DNA of 64,000 nt. Origin: the human T2T-CHM13v2.0 reference genome, Homo sapiens. The notes under the pieces are model-generated. The model was not told the DNA's origin. It saw only the letters and a list, made by a program, of their open reading frames with translations, and made no database searches. The stretch lies in assembly GCF_009914755.1 (NCBI RefSeq), contig NC_060941.1; one strand, 5' to 3'. Shown in pieces: positions 52,401 through 64,000 of this stretch (position 1 is its first letter; every line of letters starts with the position of its first letter). A program made the translations under genes and the position numbers.

Positions 52401-55400
52401 CGTGATGTTTGCATTCAACTCACAGTGCTGAACCTTTCTTTGATAGTTCAGCTTTGAAACACTCTTTTTGTAGAAACTGCAAGTGGATATTTGGTCCTCT
52501 CTGAGGATTTCGTTGGAAACGGGATAAACTGCACAGAACTAAACAGAAGCATTCTCAGAACCTTCTTCGTGATGTCTGCATTCAACTCACAGTGTGGAAC
52601 CTTTCTTTGATAGTTCAGGTTTGAAACACTCTTTTTGTAGAAACTGCAAGGGGATAATTGCACTCTTTGAGGAGTACCGTAGTAAAGGAAATAACTTCCT
52701 ATAAAAAGAAGACAGAAGCTTTCTCAGAAAATTCTTTGGGATGATTGAGTTGAACTCACAGAGCTGAGCATTCCTTGCGATGTAGCAGTTTAGAAACACA
52801 CTTTCTGCAGAATCTGCAAGTGCATATTTGGACCTCTGTGAGGAATTCGTTGGAAACGGGATAATTTCAGCTGACTAAACAGAAGCAGTCTCAGAATCTT
52901 CTTTGTGATGTTTGCATTCAAATCCCCGAGTTGAACTTTCCTTTCAAAGTTCACGTTTGAAACACTCTTTTTGCAGGATCTACAAGTGGATATTTGGACC
53001 ACTCTGTGTCCTTCGATCGAAACGGGTATATCTTCACATGACATCTAGACAGAAGCATCCTCAGAAGCTTCTCTGTGATGACTGCATTCAACTCACGGAG
53101 TTGAACACTCCTTTTGAGAGCGCAGTTTTGAAACTCTCTTTCTGTGGCATCTGCAAGGGGACATGTAGACCTCTTTGAAGATTTCGTTGGAAACGGAATC
53201 ATCTTCACATAAAAACTACACAGATGCATTCTCAGGAACTTTTTGGTGATGTTTGTATTCAACTCCCAGAGTTGAACTTTCCTTTGGAAAGAGCAGCTAT
53301 GAAACACTCTTTTTCTAGAATCTGCAAGTGGACGTTTGGAGGGCTTTGTGGTTTGTGGTGGAAAAGGAAATATCTTCACCTAAATACTAGATAGAAGCAT
53401 TCTCAGAAACTGCTTTGTGATGATTGCATTCACCTCACAGAGTTGAACATTCCTATTGATAGAGCAGTTTGGAAACACTCTTGTTGTGGAATGTGCAAGT
53501 GGAGATTTGGAGCGCTTTGAGGCCTATGGTAGTAAAGGGAATAGCTTCATAGAAAAACTAGACAGAAGCATTCTCAGAAAATACTTTGTGATGATTGAGT
53601 TTAACTCACAGAGCTGAACATTCCTTTGGATGGAGCAGGTTTGAGACACACTTTTTGTAGAATCTACAAGTGGATATTTGGACCTCTCTGAGGATTTCGT
53701 TGGAAACGGGATAACTGCACCTAACTAAACGGAAGCATTCTCAGAAACTTCTTGGTGATGTTTGCATTCAAATCCCAGAGTTGAACCTTCCTTTGATAGT
53801 TCAGGTTTGAAACACTCTTTTTGTAGGATCTGCAAGTGGATATTTGGACCACTCTGTGGCCTTCGTTCGAAACGGGTATATCTTCGCATAAAATCTAGAC
53901 AGAAGCCTTCTCAGAAACTTCTCTGTGATGATTGCATTCAACTCACAGAGTTGAACCCTCCTATGGATAGAGCAGTGTTGAAACTCTCTTTTTGTGGAAT
54001 CTGCAAGTGGATACGTGGACCTCTCCGAAGATGTCTTTGGAAACGGGAATATCTTCACATAAAAACTAAACAGAAGCATTCTCAGAAACTTCTCTGTGAT
54101 GTTTGTGTTCAACTCCCAGAGTTTCACATTGCTTTTCATAGAGTAGTTCTGAAACATGCTTTTCGTAGTGTCTACAAGTGGACATTTGGAGCGCTTTCAG
54201 GCCTGTGGTGGAAAACGAATTATGGTCACATAAAAACTGGAGAGAAGCATTGTCAGAAACTTCTTTGTGATGATTGCATTCAACTCACAGAGTTGAAGGT
54301 TCCTTTTCAAAGAGCAGTTTCCAATCACTCTTTGTGTGGAATCTGCAAGTGGATATTTGGACCTATTTTGAAGATTTCGTTGGAAACGGGAGAATCTTCA
54401 CAGGAAAGCTAAACAGAAGCATTCTCAGAAACTTCTTTGTGATGCTTGCATTCAACTCACAGAGTTGAACTTTCCTTTCGAGAGAGAAGCTTTGAAACAC
54501 TCTTTTTCCAGAATCTGCAAGTGGACATTTGGAGGGCTTTGAGGCCTGTGGTGGAAAAGGAATTATCTTCCCGTAAAAGCTAGATAGAAGCATTCTCAGA
54601 AACTACTTTGTGATGATTGCATTCAAGTCACAGAGTTGAACATTCCCTTTGACAGAGCAGTTTGGAAACTCTCTTTGTGTAGAATCTGCAAGTGGAGATA
54701 TGGACCGCTTTGAGGCCTATGGTAGTAAAGGAAATAGCTTCATATAAAAGCTAGACAGTAGCATTCACAGAAAACTCTTGGTGACGACTGAGTTTAACTC
54801 ACAGAGCTGAACATTCCTTTGGATGGAGCAGTTTCGAAACACACTATTTGTAGAATGTGCAAGTGGATATTTAGGCCTCTCTGAGGATTTCGTTGGAAAC
54901 GGGATAAACCGCACAGAACTAAACAGAAGCATTCTCAGAACCTTCTTCGTGATGTTTGCATTCAACTCACAGTGTTGAACCTTTCTTTGATAGTTCAGGT
55001 TTGAAACGGTCTTTCTGCAGAAACTGCAAGTAGATATTTGGACCGCTCTGAGGATTTCGTTGGAAACGGGATAACCCGCACAGAACTAAAACAGAAGCAT
55101 TCTCAGAACCCTCTTCGTGATGTTTGCATTCAACTCACAGTGCTGAACCTTTCTTTGATAGTTCAGCTTTGAAACACTCTTTTTGTAGAAACTGCAAGTG
55201 GATATTTGGTCCTCTCTGAGGATTTCGTTGGAAACGGGATAAACTGCACAGAACTAAACAGAAGCATTCTCAGAACCTTCTTCGTGATGTCTGCATTCAA
55301 CTCACAGTGTGGAACCTTTCTTTGATAGTTCAGGTTTGAAACACTCTTTTTGTAGAAACTGCAAGGGGATAATTGCACTCTTTGAGGAGTACCGTAGTAA

Positions 55401-58400
55401 AGGAAATAACTTCCTATAAAAAGAAGACAGAAGCTTTCTCAGAAAATTCTTTGGGATGATTGAGTTGAACTCACAGAGCTGAGCATTCCTTGCGATGTAG
55501 CAGTTTAGAAACACACTTTCTGCAGAATCTGCAAGTGCATATTTGGACCTCTGTGAGGAATTCGTTGGAAACGGGATAATTTCAGCTGACTAAACAGAAG
55601 CAGTCTCAGAATCTTCTTTGTGATGTTTGCATTCAAATCCCCGAGTTGAACTTTCCTTTCAAAGTTCACGTTTGAAACACTCTTTTTGCAGGATCTACAA
55701 GTGGATATTTGGACCACTCTGTGTCCTTCGATCGAAACGGGTATATCTTCACATGACATCTAGACAGAAGCATCCTCAGAAGCTTCTCTGTGATGACTGC
55801 ATTCAACTCACGGAGTTGAACACTCCTTTTGAGAGCGCAGTTTTGAAACTCTCTTTCTGTGGCATCTGCAAGGGGACATGTAGACCTCTTTGAAGATTTC
55901 GTTGGAAACGGAATCATCTTCACATAAAAACTATACAGATGCATTCTCAGGAACTTTTTGGTGATGTTTGTATTCAACTCCCAGAGTTGAACTTTCCTTT
56001 GGAAAGAGCAGCTATGAAACACTCTTTTTCTAGAATCTGCAAGTGGACGTTTGGAGGGCTTTGTGGTTTGTGGTGGAAAAGGAAATATCTTCACCTAAAT
56101 ACTAGATAGAAGCATTCTCAGAAACTGCTTTGTGATGATTGCATTCACCTCACAGAGTTGAACATTCCTATTGATAGAGCAGTTTGGAAACACTCTTGTT
56201 GTGGAATGTGCAAGTGGAGATTTGGAGCGCTTTGAGGCCTATGGTAGTAAAGGGAATAGCTTCATAGAAAAACTAGACAGAAGCATTCTCAGAAAATACT
56301 TTGTGATGATTGAGTTTAACTCACAGAGCTGAACATTCCTTTGGATGGAGCAGGTTTGAGACACACTTTTTGTAGAATCTACAAGTGGATATTTGGACCT
56401 CTCTGAGGATTTCGTTGGAAACGGGATAACTGCACCTAACTAAACGGAAGCATTCTCAGAAACTTCTTGGTGATGTTTGCATTCAAATCCCAGAGTTGAA
56501 CCTTCCTTTGATAGTTCAGGTTTGAAACACTCTTTTTGTAGGATCTGCAAGTGGATATTTGGACCACTCTGTGGCCTTCGTTCGAAACGGGTATATCTTC
56601 GCATAAAATCTAGACAGAAGCCTTCTCAGAAACTTCTCTGTGATGATTGCATTCAACTCACAGAGTTGAACCCTCCTATGGATAGAGCAGTGTTGAAACT
56701 CTCTTTTTGTGGAATCTGCAAGTGGATACGTGGACCTCTCCGAAGATGTCTTTGGAAACGGGAATATCTTCACATAAAAACTAAACAGAAGCATTCTCAG
56801 AAACTTCTCTGTGATGTTTGTGTTCAACTCCCAGAGTTTCACATTGCTTTTCATAGAGTAGTTCTGAAACATGCTTTTCGTAGTGTCTACAAGTGGACAT
56901 TTGGAGCGCTTTCAGGCCTGTGGTGGAAAACGAATTATGGTCACATAAAAACTGGAGAGAAGCATTGTCAGAAACTTCTTTGTGATGATTGCATTCAACT
57001 CACAGAGTTGAAGGTTCCTTTTCAAAGAGCAGTTTCCAATCACTCTTTCTGTGGAATCTGCAAGTGGATATTTGGACCTATTTTGAAGATTTCGTTGGAA
57101 ACGGGAGAATCTTCACAGGAAAGCTAAACAGAAGCATTCTCAGAAACTTCTTTGTGATGCTTGCATTCAACTCACAGAGTTGAACTTTCCTTTCGAGAGA
57201 GAAGCTTTGAAACACTCTTTTTCCAGAATCTGCAAGTGGACATTTGGAGGGCTTTGAGGCCTGTGGTGGAAAAGGAATTATCTTCCCGTAAAAGCTAGAT
57301 AGAAGCATTCTCAGAAACTACTTTGTGATGATTGCATTCAAGTCACAGAGTTGAACATTCCCTTTGACAGAGCAGTTTGGAAACTCTCTTTGTGTAGAAT
57401 CTGCAAGTGGAGATATGGACCGCTTTGAGGCCTATGGTAGTAAAGGAAATAGCTTCATATAAAAGCTAGACAGTAGCATTCACAGAAAACTCTTGGTGAC
57501 GACTGAGTTTAACTCACAGAGCTGAACATTCCTTTGGATGGAGCAGTTTCGAAACACACTATTTGTAGAATGTGCAAGTGGATATTTAGGCCTCTCTGAG
57601 GATTTCGTTGGAAACGGGATAAACCGCACAGAACTAAACAGAAGCATTCTCAGAACCTTCTTCGTGATGTTTGCATTCAACTCACAGTGTTGAACCTTTC
57701 TTTGATAGTTCAGGTTTGAAACGGTCTTTCTGCAGAAACTGCAAGTAGATATTTGGACCGCTCTGAGGATTTCGTTGGAAACGGGATAACCCGCACAGAA
57801 CTAAAACAGAAGCATTCTCAGAACCCTCTTCGTGATGTTTGCATTCAACTCACAGTGCTGAACCTTTCTTTGATAGTTCAGCTTTGAAACACTCTTTTTG
57901 TAGAAACTGCAAGTGGATATTTGGTCCTCTCTGAGGATTTCGTTGGAAACGGGATAAACTGCACAGAACTAAACAGAAGCATTCTCAGAACCTTCTTCGT
58001 GATGTCTGCATTCAACTCACAGTGTGGAACCTTTCTTTGATAGTTCAGGTTTGAAACACTCTTTTTGTAGAAACTGCAAGGGGATAATTGCACTCTTTGA
58101 GGAGTACCGTAGTAAAGGAAATAACTTCCTATAAAAAGAAGACAGAAGCTTTCTCAGAAAATTCTTTGGGATGATTGAGTTGAACTCACAGAGCTGAGCA
58201 TTCCTTGCGATGTAGCAGTTTAGAAACACACTTTCTGCAGAATCTGCAAGTGCATATTTGGACCTCTGTGAGGAATTCGTTGGAAACGGGATAATTTCAG
58301 CTGACTAAACAGAAGCAGTCTCAGAATCTTCTTTGTGATGTTTGCATTCAAATCCCCGAGTTGAACTTTCCTTTCAAAGTTCACGTTTGAAACACTCTTT

Positions 58401-61400
58401 TTGCAGGATCTACAAGTGGATATTTGGACCACTCTGTGTCCTTCGATCGAAACGGGTATATCTTCACATGACATCTAGACAGAAGCATCCTCAGAAGCTT
58501 CTCTGTGATGACTGCATTCAACTCACGGAGTTGAACACTCCTTTTGAGAGCGCAGTTTTGAAACTCTCTTTCTGTGGCATCTGCAAGGGGACATGTAGAC
58601 CTCTTTGAAGATTTCGTTGGAAACGGAATCATCTTCACATAAAAACTATACAGATGCATTCTCAGGAACTTTTTGGTGATGTTTGTATTCAACTCCCAGA
58701 GTTGAACTTTCCTTTGGAAAGAGCAGCTATGAAACACTCTTTTTCTAGAATCTGCAAGTGGACGTTTGGAGGGCTTTGTGGTTTGTGGTGGAAAAGGAAA
58801 TATCTTCACCTAAATACTAGATAGAAGCATTCTCAGAAACTGCTTTGTGATGATTGCATTCACCTCACAGAGTTGAACATTCCTATTGATAGAGCAGTTT
58901 GGAAACACTCTTGTTGTGGAATGTGCAAGTGGAGATTTGGAGCGCTTTGAGGCCTATGGTAGTAAAGGGAATAGCTTCATAGAAAAACTAGACAGAAGCA
59001 TTCTCAGAAAATACTTTGTGATGATTGAGTTTAACTCACAGAGCTGAACATTCCTTTGGATGGAGCAGGTTTGAGACACACTTTTTGTAGAATCTACAAG
59101 TGGATATTTGGACCTCTCTGAGGATTTCGTTGGAAACGGGATAACTGCACCTAACTAAACGGAAGCATTCTCAGAAACTTCTTGGTGATGTTTGCATTCA
59201 AATCCCAGAGTTGAACCTTCCTTTGATAGTTCAGGTTTGAAACACTCTTTTTGTAGGATCTGCAAGTGGATATTTGGACCACTCTGTGGCCTTCGTTCGA
59301 AACGGGTATATCTTCGCATAAAATCTAGACAGAAGCCTTCTCAGAAACTTCTCTGTGATGATTGCATTCAACTCACAGAGTTGAACCCTCCTATGGATAG
59401 AGCAGTGTTGAAACTCTCTTTTTGTGGAATCTGCAAGTGGATACGTGGACCTCTCCGAAGATGTCTTTGGAAACGGGAATATCTTCACATAAAAACTAAA
59501 CAGAAGCATTCTCAGAAACTTCTCTGTGATGTTTGTGTTCAACTCCCAGAGTTTCACATTGCTTTTCATAGAGTAGTTCTGAAACATGCTTTTCGTAGTG
59601 TCTACAAGTGGACATTTGGAGCGCTTTCAGGCCTGTGGTGGAAAACGAATTATGGTCACATAAAAACTGGAGAGAAGCATTGTCAGAAACTTCTTTGTGA
59701 TGATTGCATTCAACTCACAGAGTTGAAGGTTCCTTTTCAAAGAGCAGTTTCCAATCACTCTTTCTGTGGAATCTGCAAGTGGATATTTGGACCTATTTTG
59801 AAGATTTCGTTGGAAACGGGAGAATCTTCACAGGAAAGCTAAACAGAAGCATTCTCAGAAACTTCTTTGTGATGCTTGCATTCAACTCACAGAGTTGAAC
59901 TTTCCTTTCGAGAGAGAAGCTTTGAAACACTCTTTTTCCAGAATCTGCAAGTGGACATTTGGAGGGCTTTGAGGCCTGTGGTGGAAAAGGAATTATCTTC
60001 CCGTAAAAGCTAGATAGAAGCATTCTCAGAAACTACTTTGTGATGATTGCATTCAAGTCACAGAGTTGAACATTCCCTTTGACAGAGCAGTTTGGAAACT
60101 CTCTTTGTGTAGAATCTGCAAGTGGAGATATGGACCGCTTTGAGGCCTATGGTAGTAAAGGAAATAGCTTCATATAAAAGCTAGACAGTAGCATTCACAG
60201 AAAACTCTTGGTGACGACTGAGTTTAACTCACAGAGCTGAACATTCCTTTGGATGGAGCAGTTTCGAAACACACTATTTGTAGAATGTGCAAGTGGATAT
60301 TTAGGCCTCTCTGAGGATTTCGTTGGAAACGGGATAAACCGCACAGAACTAAACAGAAGCATTCTCAGAACCTTCTTCGTGATGTTTGCATTCAACTCAC
60401 AGTGTTGAACCTTTCTTTGATAGTTCAGGTTTGAAACGGTCTTTCTGCAGAAACTGCAAGTAGATATTTGGACCTCTCTGAGGATTTCGTTGGAAACGGG
60501 ATACCCCGCACAGAACTAAAACAGAAGCATTCTCAGAACCCTCTTCGTGATGTTTGCATTCAACTCACAGTGCTGAACCTTTCTTTGATAGTTCAGCTTT
60601 GAAACACTCTTTTTGTAGAAACTGCAAGTGGATATTTGGTCCTCTCTGAGGATTTCGTTGGAAACGGGATAAACTGCACAGAACTAAACAGAAGCATTCT
60701 CAGAACCTTCTTCGTGATGTCTGCATTCAACTCACAGTGTGGAACCTTTCTTTGATAGTTCAGGTTTGAAACACTCTTTTTGTAGAAACTGCAAGGGGAT
60801 AATTGCACTCTTTGAGGAGTACCGTAGTAAAGGAAATAACTTCCTATAAAAAGAAGACAGAAGCTTTCTCAGAAAATTCTTTGGGATGATTGAGTTGAAC
60901 TCACAGAGCTGAGCATTCCTTGCGATGTAGCAGTTTAGAAACACACTTTCTGCAGAATCTGCAAGTGCATATTTGGACCTCTGTGAGGAATTCGTTGGAA
61001 ACGGGATAATTTCAGCTGACTAAACAGAAGCAGTCTCAGAATCTTCTTTGTGATGTTTGCATTCAAATCCCCGAGTTGAACTTTCCTTTCAAAGTTCACG
61101 TTTGAAACACTCTTTTTGCAGGATCTACAAGTGGATATTTGGACCACTCTGTGTCCTTCGATCGAAACGGGTATATCTTCACATGACATCTAGACAGAAG
61201 CATCCTCAGAAGCTTCTCTGTGATGACTGCATTCAACTCACGGAGTTGAACACTCCTTTTGAGAGCGCAGTTTTGAAACTCTCTTTCTGTGGCATCTGCA
61301 AGGGGACATGTAGACCTCTTTGAAGATTTCGTTGGAAACGGAATCATCTTCACATAAAAACTATACAGATGCATTCTCAGGAACTTTTTGGTGATGTTTG

Positions 61401-64000
61401 TATTCAACTCCCAGAGTTGAACTTTCCTTTGGAAAGAGCAGCTATGAAACACTCTTTTTCTAGAATCTGCAAGTGGACGTTTGGAGGGCTTTGTGGTTTG
61501 TGGTGGAAAAGGAAATATCTTCACCTAAATACTAGATAGAAGCATTCTCAGAAACTGCTTTGTGATGATTGCATTCACCTCACAGAGTTGAACATTCCTA
61601 TTGATAGAGCAGTTTGGAAACACTCTTGTTGTGGAATGTGCAAGTGGAGATTTGGAGCGCTTTGAGGCCTATGGTAGTAAAGGGAATAGCTTCATAGAAA
61701 AACTAGACAGAAGCATTCTCAGAAAATACTTTGTGATGATTGAGTTTAACTCACAGAGCTGAACATTCCTTTGGATGGAGCAGGTTTGAGACACACTTTT
61801 TGTAGAATCTACAAGTGGATATTTGGACCTCTCTGAGGATTTCGTTGGAAACGGGATAACTGCACCTAACTAAACGGAAGCATTCTCAGAAACTTCTTGG
61901 TGATGTTTGCATTCAAATCCCAGAGTTGAACCTTCCTTTGATAGTTCAGGTTTGAAACACTCTTTTTGTAGGATCTGCAAGTGGATATTTGGACCACTCT
62001 GTGGCCTTCGTTCGAAACGGGTATATCTTCGCATAAAATCTAGACAGAAGCCTTCTCAGAAACTTCTCTGTGATGATTGCATTCAACTCACAGAGTTGAA
62101 CCCTCCTATGGATAGAGCAGTGTTGAAACTCTCTTTTTGTGGAATCTGCAAGTGGATACGTGGACCTCTCCGAAGATGTCTTTGGAAACGGGAATATCTT
62201 CACATAAAAACTAAACAGAAGCATTCTCAGAAACTTCTCTGTGATGTTTGTGTTCAACTCCCAGAGTTTCACATTGCTTTTCATAGAGTAGTTCTGAAAC
62301 ATGCTTTTCGTAGTGTCTACAAGTGGACATTTGGAGCGCTTTCAGGCCTGTGGTGGAAAACGAATTATGGTCACATAAAAACTGGAGAGAAGCATTGTCA
62401 GAAACTTCTTTGTGATGATTGCATTCAACTCACAGAGTTGAAGGTTCCTTTTCAAAGAGCAGTTTCCAATCACTCTTTCTGTGGAATCTGCAAGTGGATA
62501 TTTGGACCTATTTTGAAGATTTCGTTGGAAACGGGAGAATCTTCACAGGAAAGCTAAACAGAAGCATTCTCAGAAACTTCTTTGTGATGCTTGCATTCAA
62601 CTCACAGAGTTGAACTTTCCTTTCGAGAGAGAAGCTTTGAAACACTCTTTTTCCAGAATCTGCAAGTGGACATTTGGAGGGCTTTGAGGCCTGTGGTGGA
62701 AAAGGAATTATCTTCCCGTAAAAGCTAGATAGAAGCATTCTCAGAAACTACTTTGTGATGATTGCATTCAAGTCACAGAGTTGAACATTCCCTTTGACAG
62801 AGCAGTTTGGAAACTCTCTTTGTGTAGAATCTGCAAGTGGAGATATGGACCGCTTTGAGGCCTATGGTAGTAAAGGAAATAGCTTCATATAAAAGCTAGA
62901 CAGTAGCATTCACAGAAAACTCTTGGTGACGACTGAGTTTAACTCACAGAGCTGAACATTCCTTTGGATGGAGCAGTTTCGAAACACACTATTTGTAGAA
63001 TGTGCAAGTGGATATTTAGGCCTCTCTGAGGATTTCGTTGGAAACGGGATAAACCGCACAGAACTAAACAGAAGCATTCTCAGAACCTTCTTCGTGATGT
63101 TTGCATTCAACTCACAGTGTTGAACCTTTCTTTGATAGTTCAGGTTTGAAACGGTCTTTCTGCAGAAACTGCAAGTAGATATTTGGACCTCTCTGAGGAT
63201 TTCGTTGGAAACGGGATACCCCGCACAGAACTAAAACAGAAGCATTCTCAGAACCCTCTTCGTGATGTTTGCATTCAACTCACAGTGCTGAACCTTTCTT
63301 TGATAGTTCAGCTTTGAAACACTCTTTTTGTAGAAACTGCAAGTGGATATTTGGTCCTCTCTGAGGATTTCGTTGGAAACGGGATAAACTGCACAGAACT
63401 AAACAGAAGCATTCTCAGAACCTTCTTCGTGATGTCTGCATTCAACTCACAGTGTGGAACCTTTCTTTGATAGTTCAGGTTTGAAACACTCTTTTTGTAG
63501 AAACTGCAAGGGGATAATTGCACTCTTTGAGGAGTACCGTAGTAAAGGAAATAACTTCCTATAAAAAGAAGACAGAAGCTTTCTCAGAAAATTCTTTGGG
63601 ATGATTGAGTTGAACTCACAGAGCTGAGCATTCCTTGCGATGTAGCAGTTTAGAAACACACTTTCTGCAGAATCTGCAAGTGCATATTTGGACCTCTGTG
63701 AGGAATTCGTTGGAAACGGGATAATTTCAGCTGACTAAACAGAAGCAGTCTCAGAATCTTCTTTGTGATGTTTGCATTCAAATCCCCGAGTTGAACTTTC
63801 CTTTCAAAGTTCACGTTTGAAACACTCTTTTTGCAGGATCTACAAGTGGATATTTGGACCACTCTGTGTCCTTCGATCGAAACGGGTATATCTTCACATG
63901 ACATCTAGACAGAAGCATCCTCAGAAGCTTCTCTGTGATGACTGCATTCAACTCACGGAGTTGAACACTCCTTTTGAGAGCGCAGTTTTGAAACTCTCTT
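13408..64000 (+). repeat. Eighteen full canonical 16-mer HOR copies (U6-U23) plus partial U24
   Basis: Marker ORFs are spaced exactly 2,715 bp from 13549 to 62419 with no net length change. Confidence 0.97.

Larger units (their letters stand above)
1..64000 (+). repeat. D17Z1: Centromeric alpha-satellite higher-order repeat array (16-monomer, 2,715 bp HOR), most likely human chr17 D17Z1 (SF3)
   Basis: Alpha-satellite monomer motifs (CATTCTCAGAAACTTCTTTGTGATG...TTCAACTCACAGAGTTGAAC...TTTGAAACACTCTTT...GAATCTGCAAGTGGATATTTGG) recur every ~170 bp. Identical ORFs recur at exact 2,715 bp steps (142, 2857, 5572, 8287, 11002; then 13549, 16264 ... 62419). A 2.7 kb 16-mer with one constant EcoRI site and 15-mer variants is the established description of D17Z1. 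Alpha satellite is certain; the locus name is by recognition. Confidence 0.93.

Noticed and set aside
1-64000. CRISPR-like array of short conserved motifs separated by variable sequence
   Set aside because: The intervening sequences are homologous parts of ~171 bp monomers that repeat exactly with each HOR. There are no unique spacers and no cas genes.
1-64000. Hidden insertion (L1, Alu, viral or foreign DNA) or inversion
   Set aside because: Marker spacing is exactly 2,715 bp everywhere except the one 168 bp deletion, leaving no room for an insertion. Strand orientation is constant, and no poly-A tails or target-site duplications are visible.
1-64000. Alternative identity as DXZ1, D11Z1 or D17Z1-B/C
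   Set aside because: Those SF3 arrays have 12-mer (~2.0 kb), 5-mer (~0.85 kb) and 14-mer units respectively. The 16-monomer 2.7 kb period fits D17Z1, though an alignment is needed for formal confirmation.

Overview
The whole 64 kb window is centromeric alpha-satellite DNA in a single head-to-tail orientation. It is a highly homogeneous higher-order repeat (HOR) array of 16 diverged ~167-172 bp monomers with a 2,715 bp period: 22 full 16-mers, one 2,547 bp 15-mer (10861-13407) and a partial copy at the end (62278-64000). The 2.7 kb EcoRI-cut 16-mer, pentamer-derived monomer order, internal monomer triplication and dense CENP-B boxes best match the human chromosome 17 array D17Z1 (suprachromosomal family 3); this rests on recognition, not a database search. 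I see no genes, RNA genes, transposons, CRISPR arrays or inversions, and all ORFs in the track are artefacts of the repeat. I found no evidence of a new biological system. What merits a second look is array micro-evolution: a one-monomer deletion with a mappable junction, a polymorphic second EcoRI site, SNV-defined multi-HOR duplications, a haplotype transition near 40.5 kb and one broken CENP-B box. HOR copies U1-U24 start at 1, 2716, 5431, 8146, 10861, 13408, 16123, 18838, 21553, 24268, 26983, 29698, 32413, 35128, 37843, 40558, 43273, 45988, 48703, 51418, 54133, 56848, 59563 and 62278; 'offset' means the equivalent position in U1. SNVs were read by eye with help from the ORF track, so the list may be incomplete.
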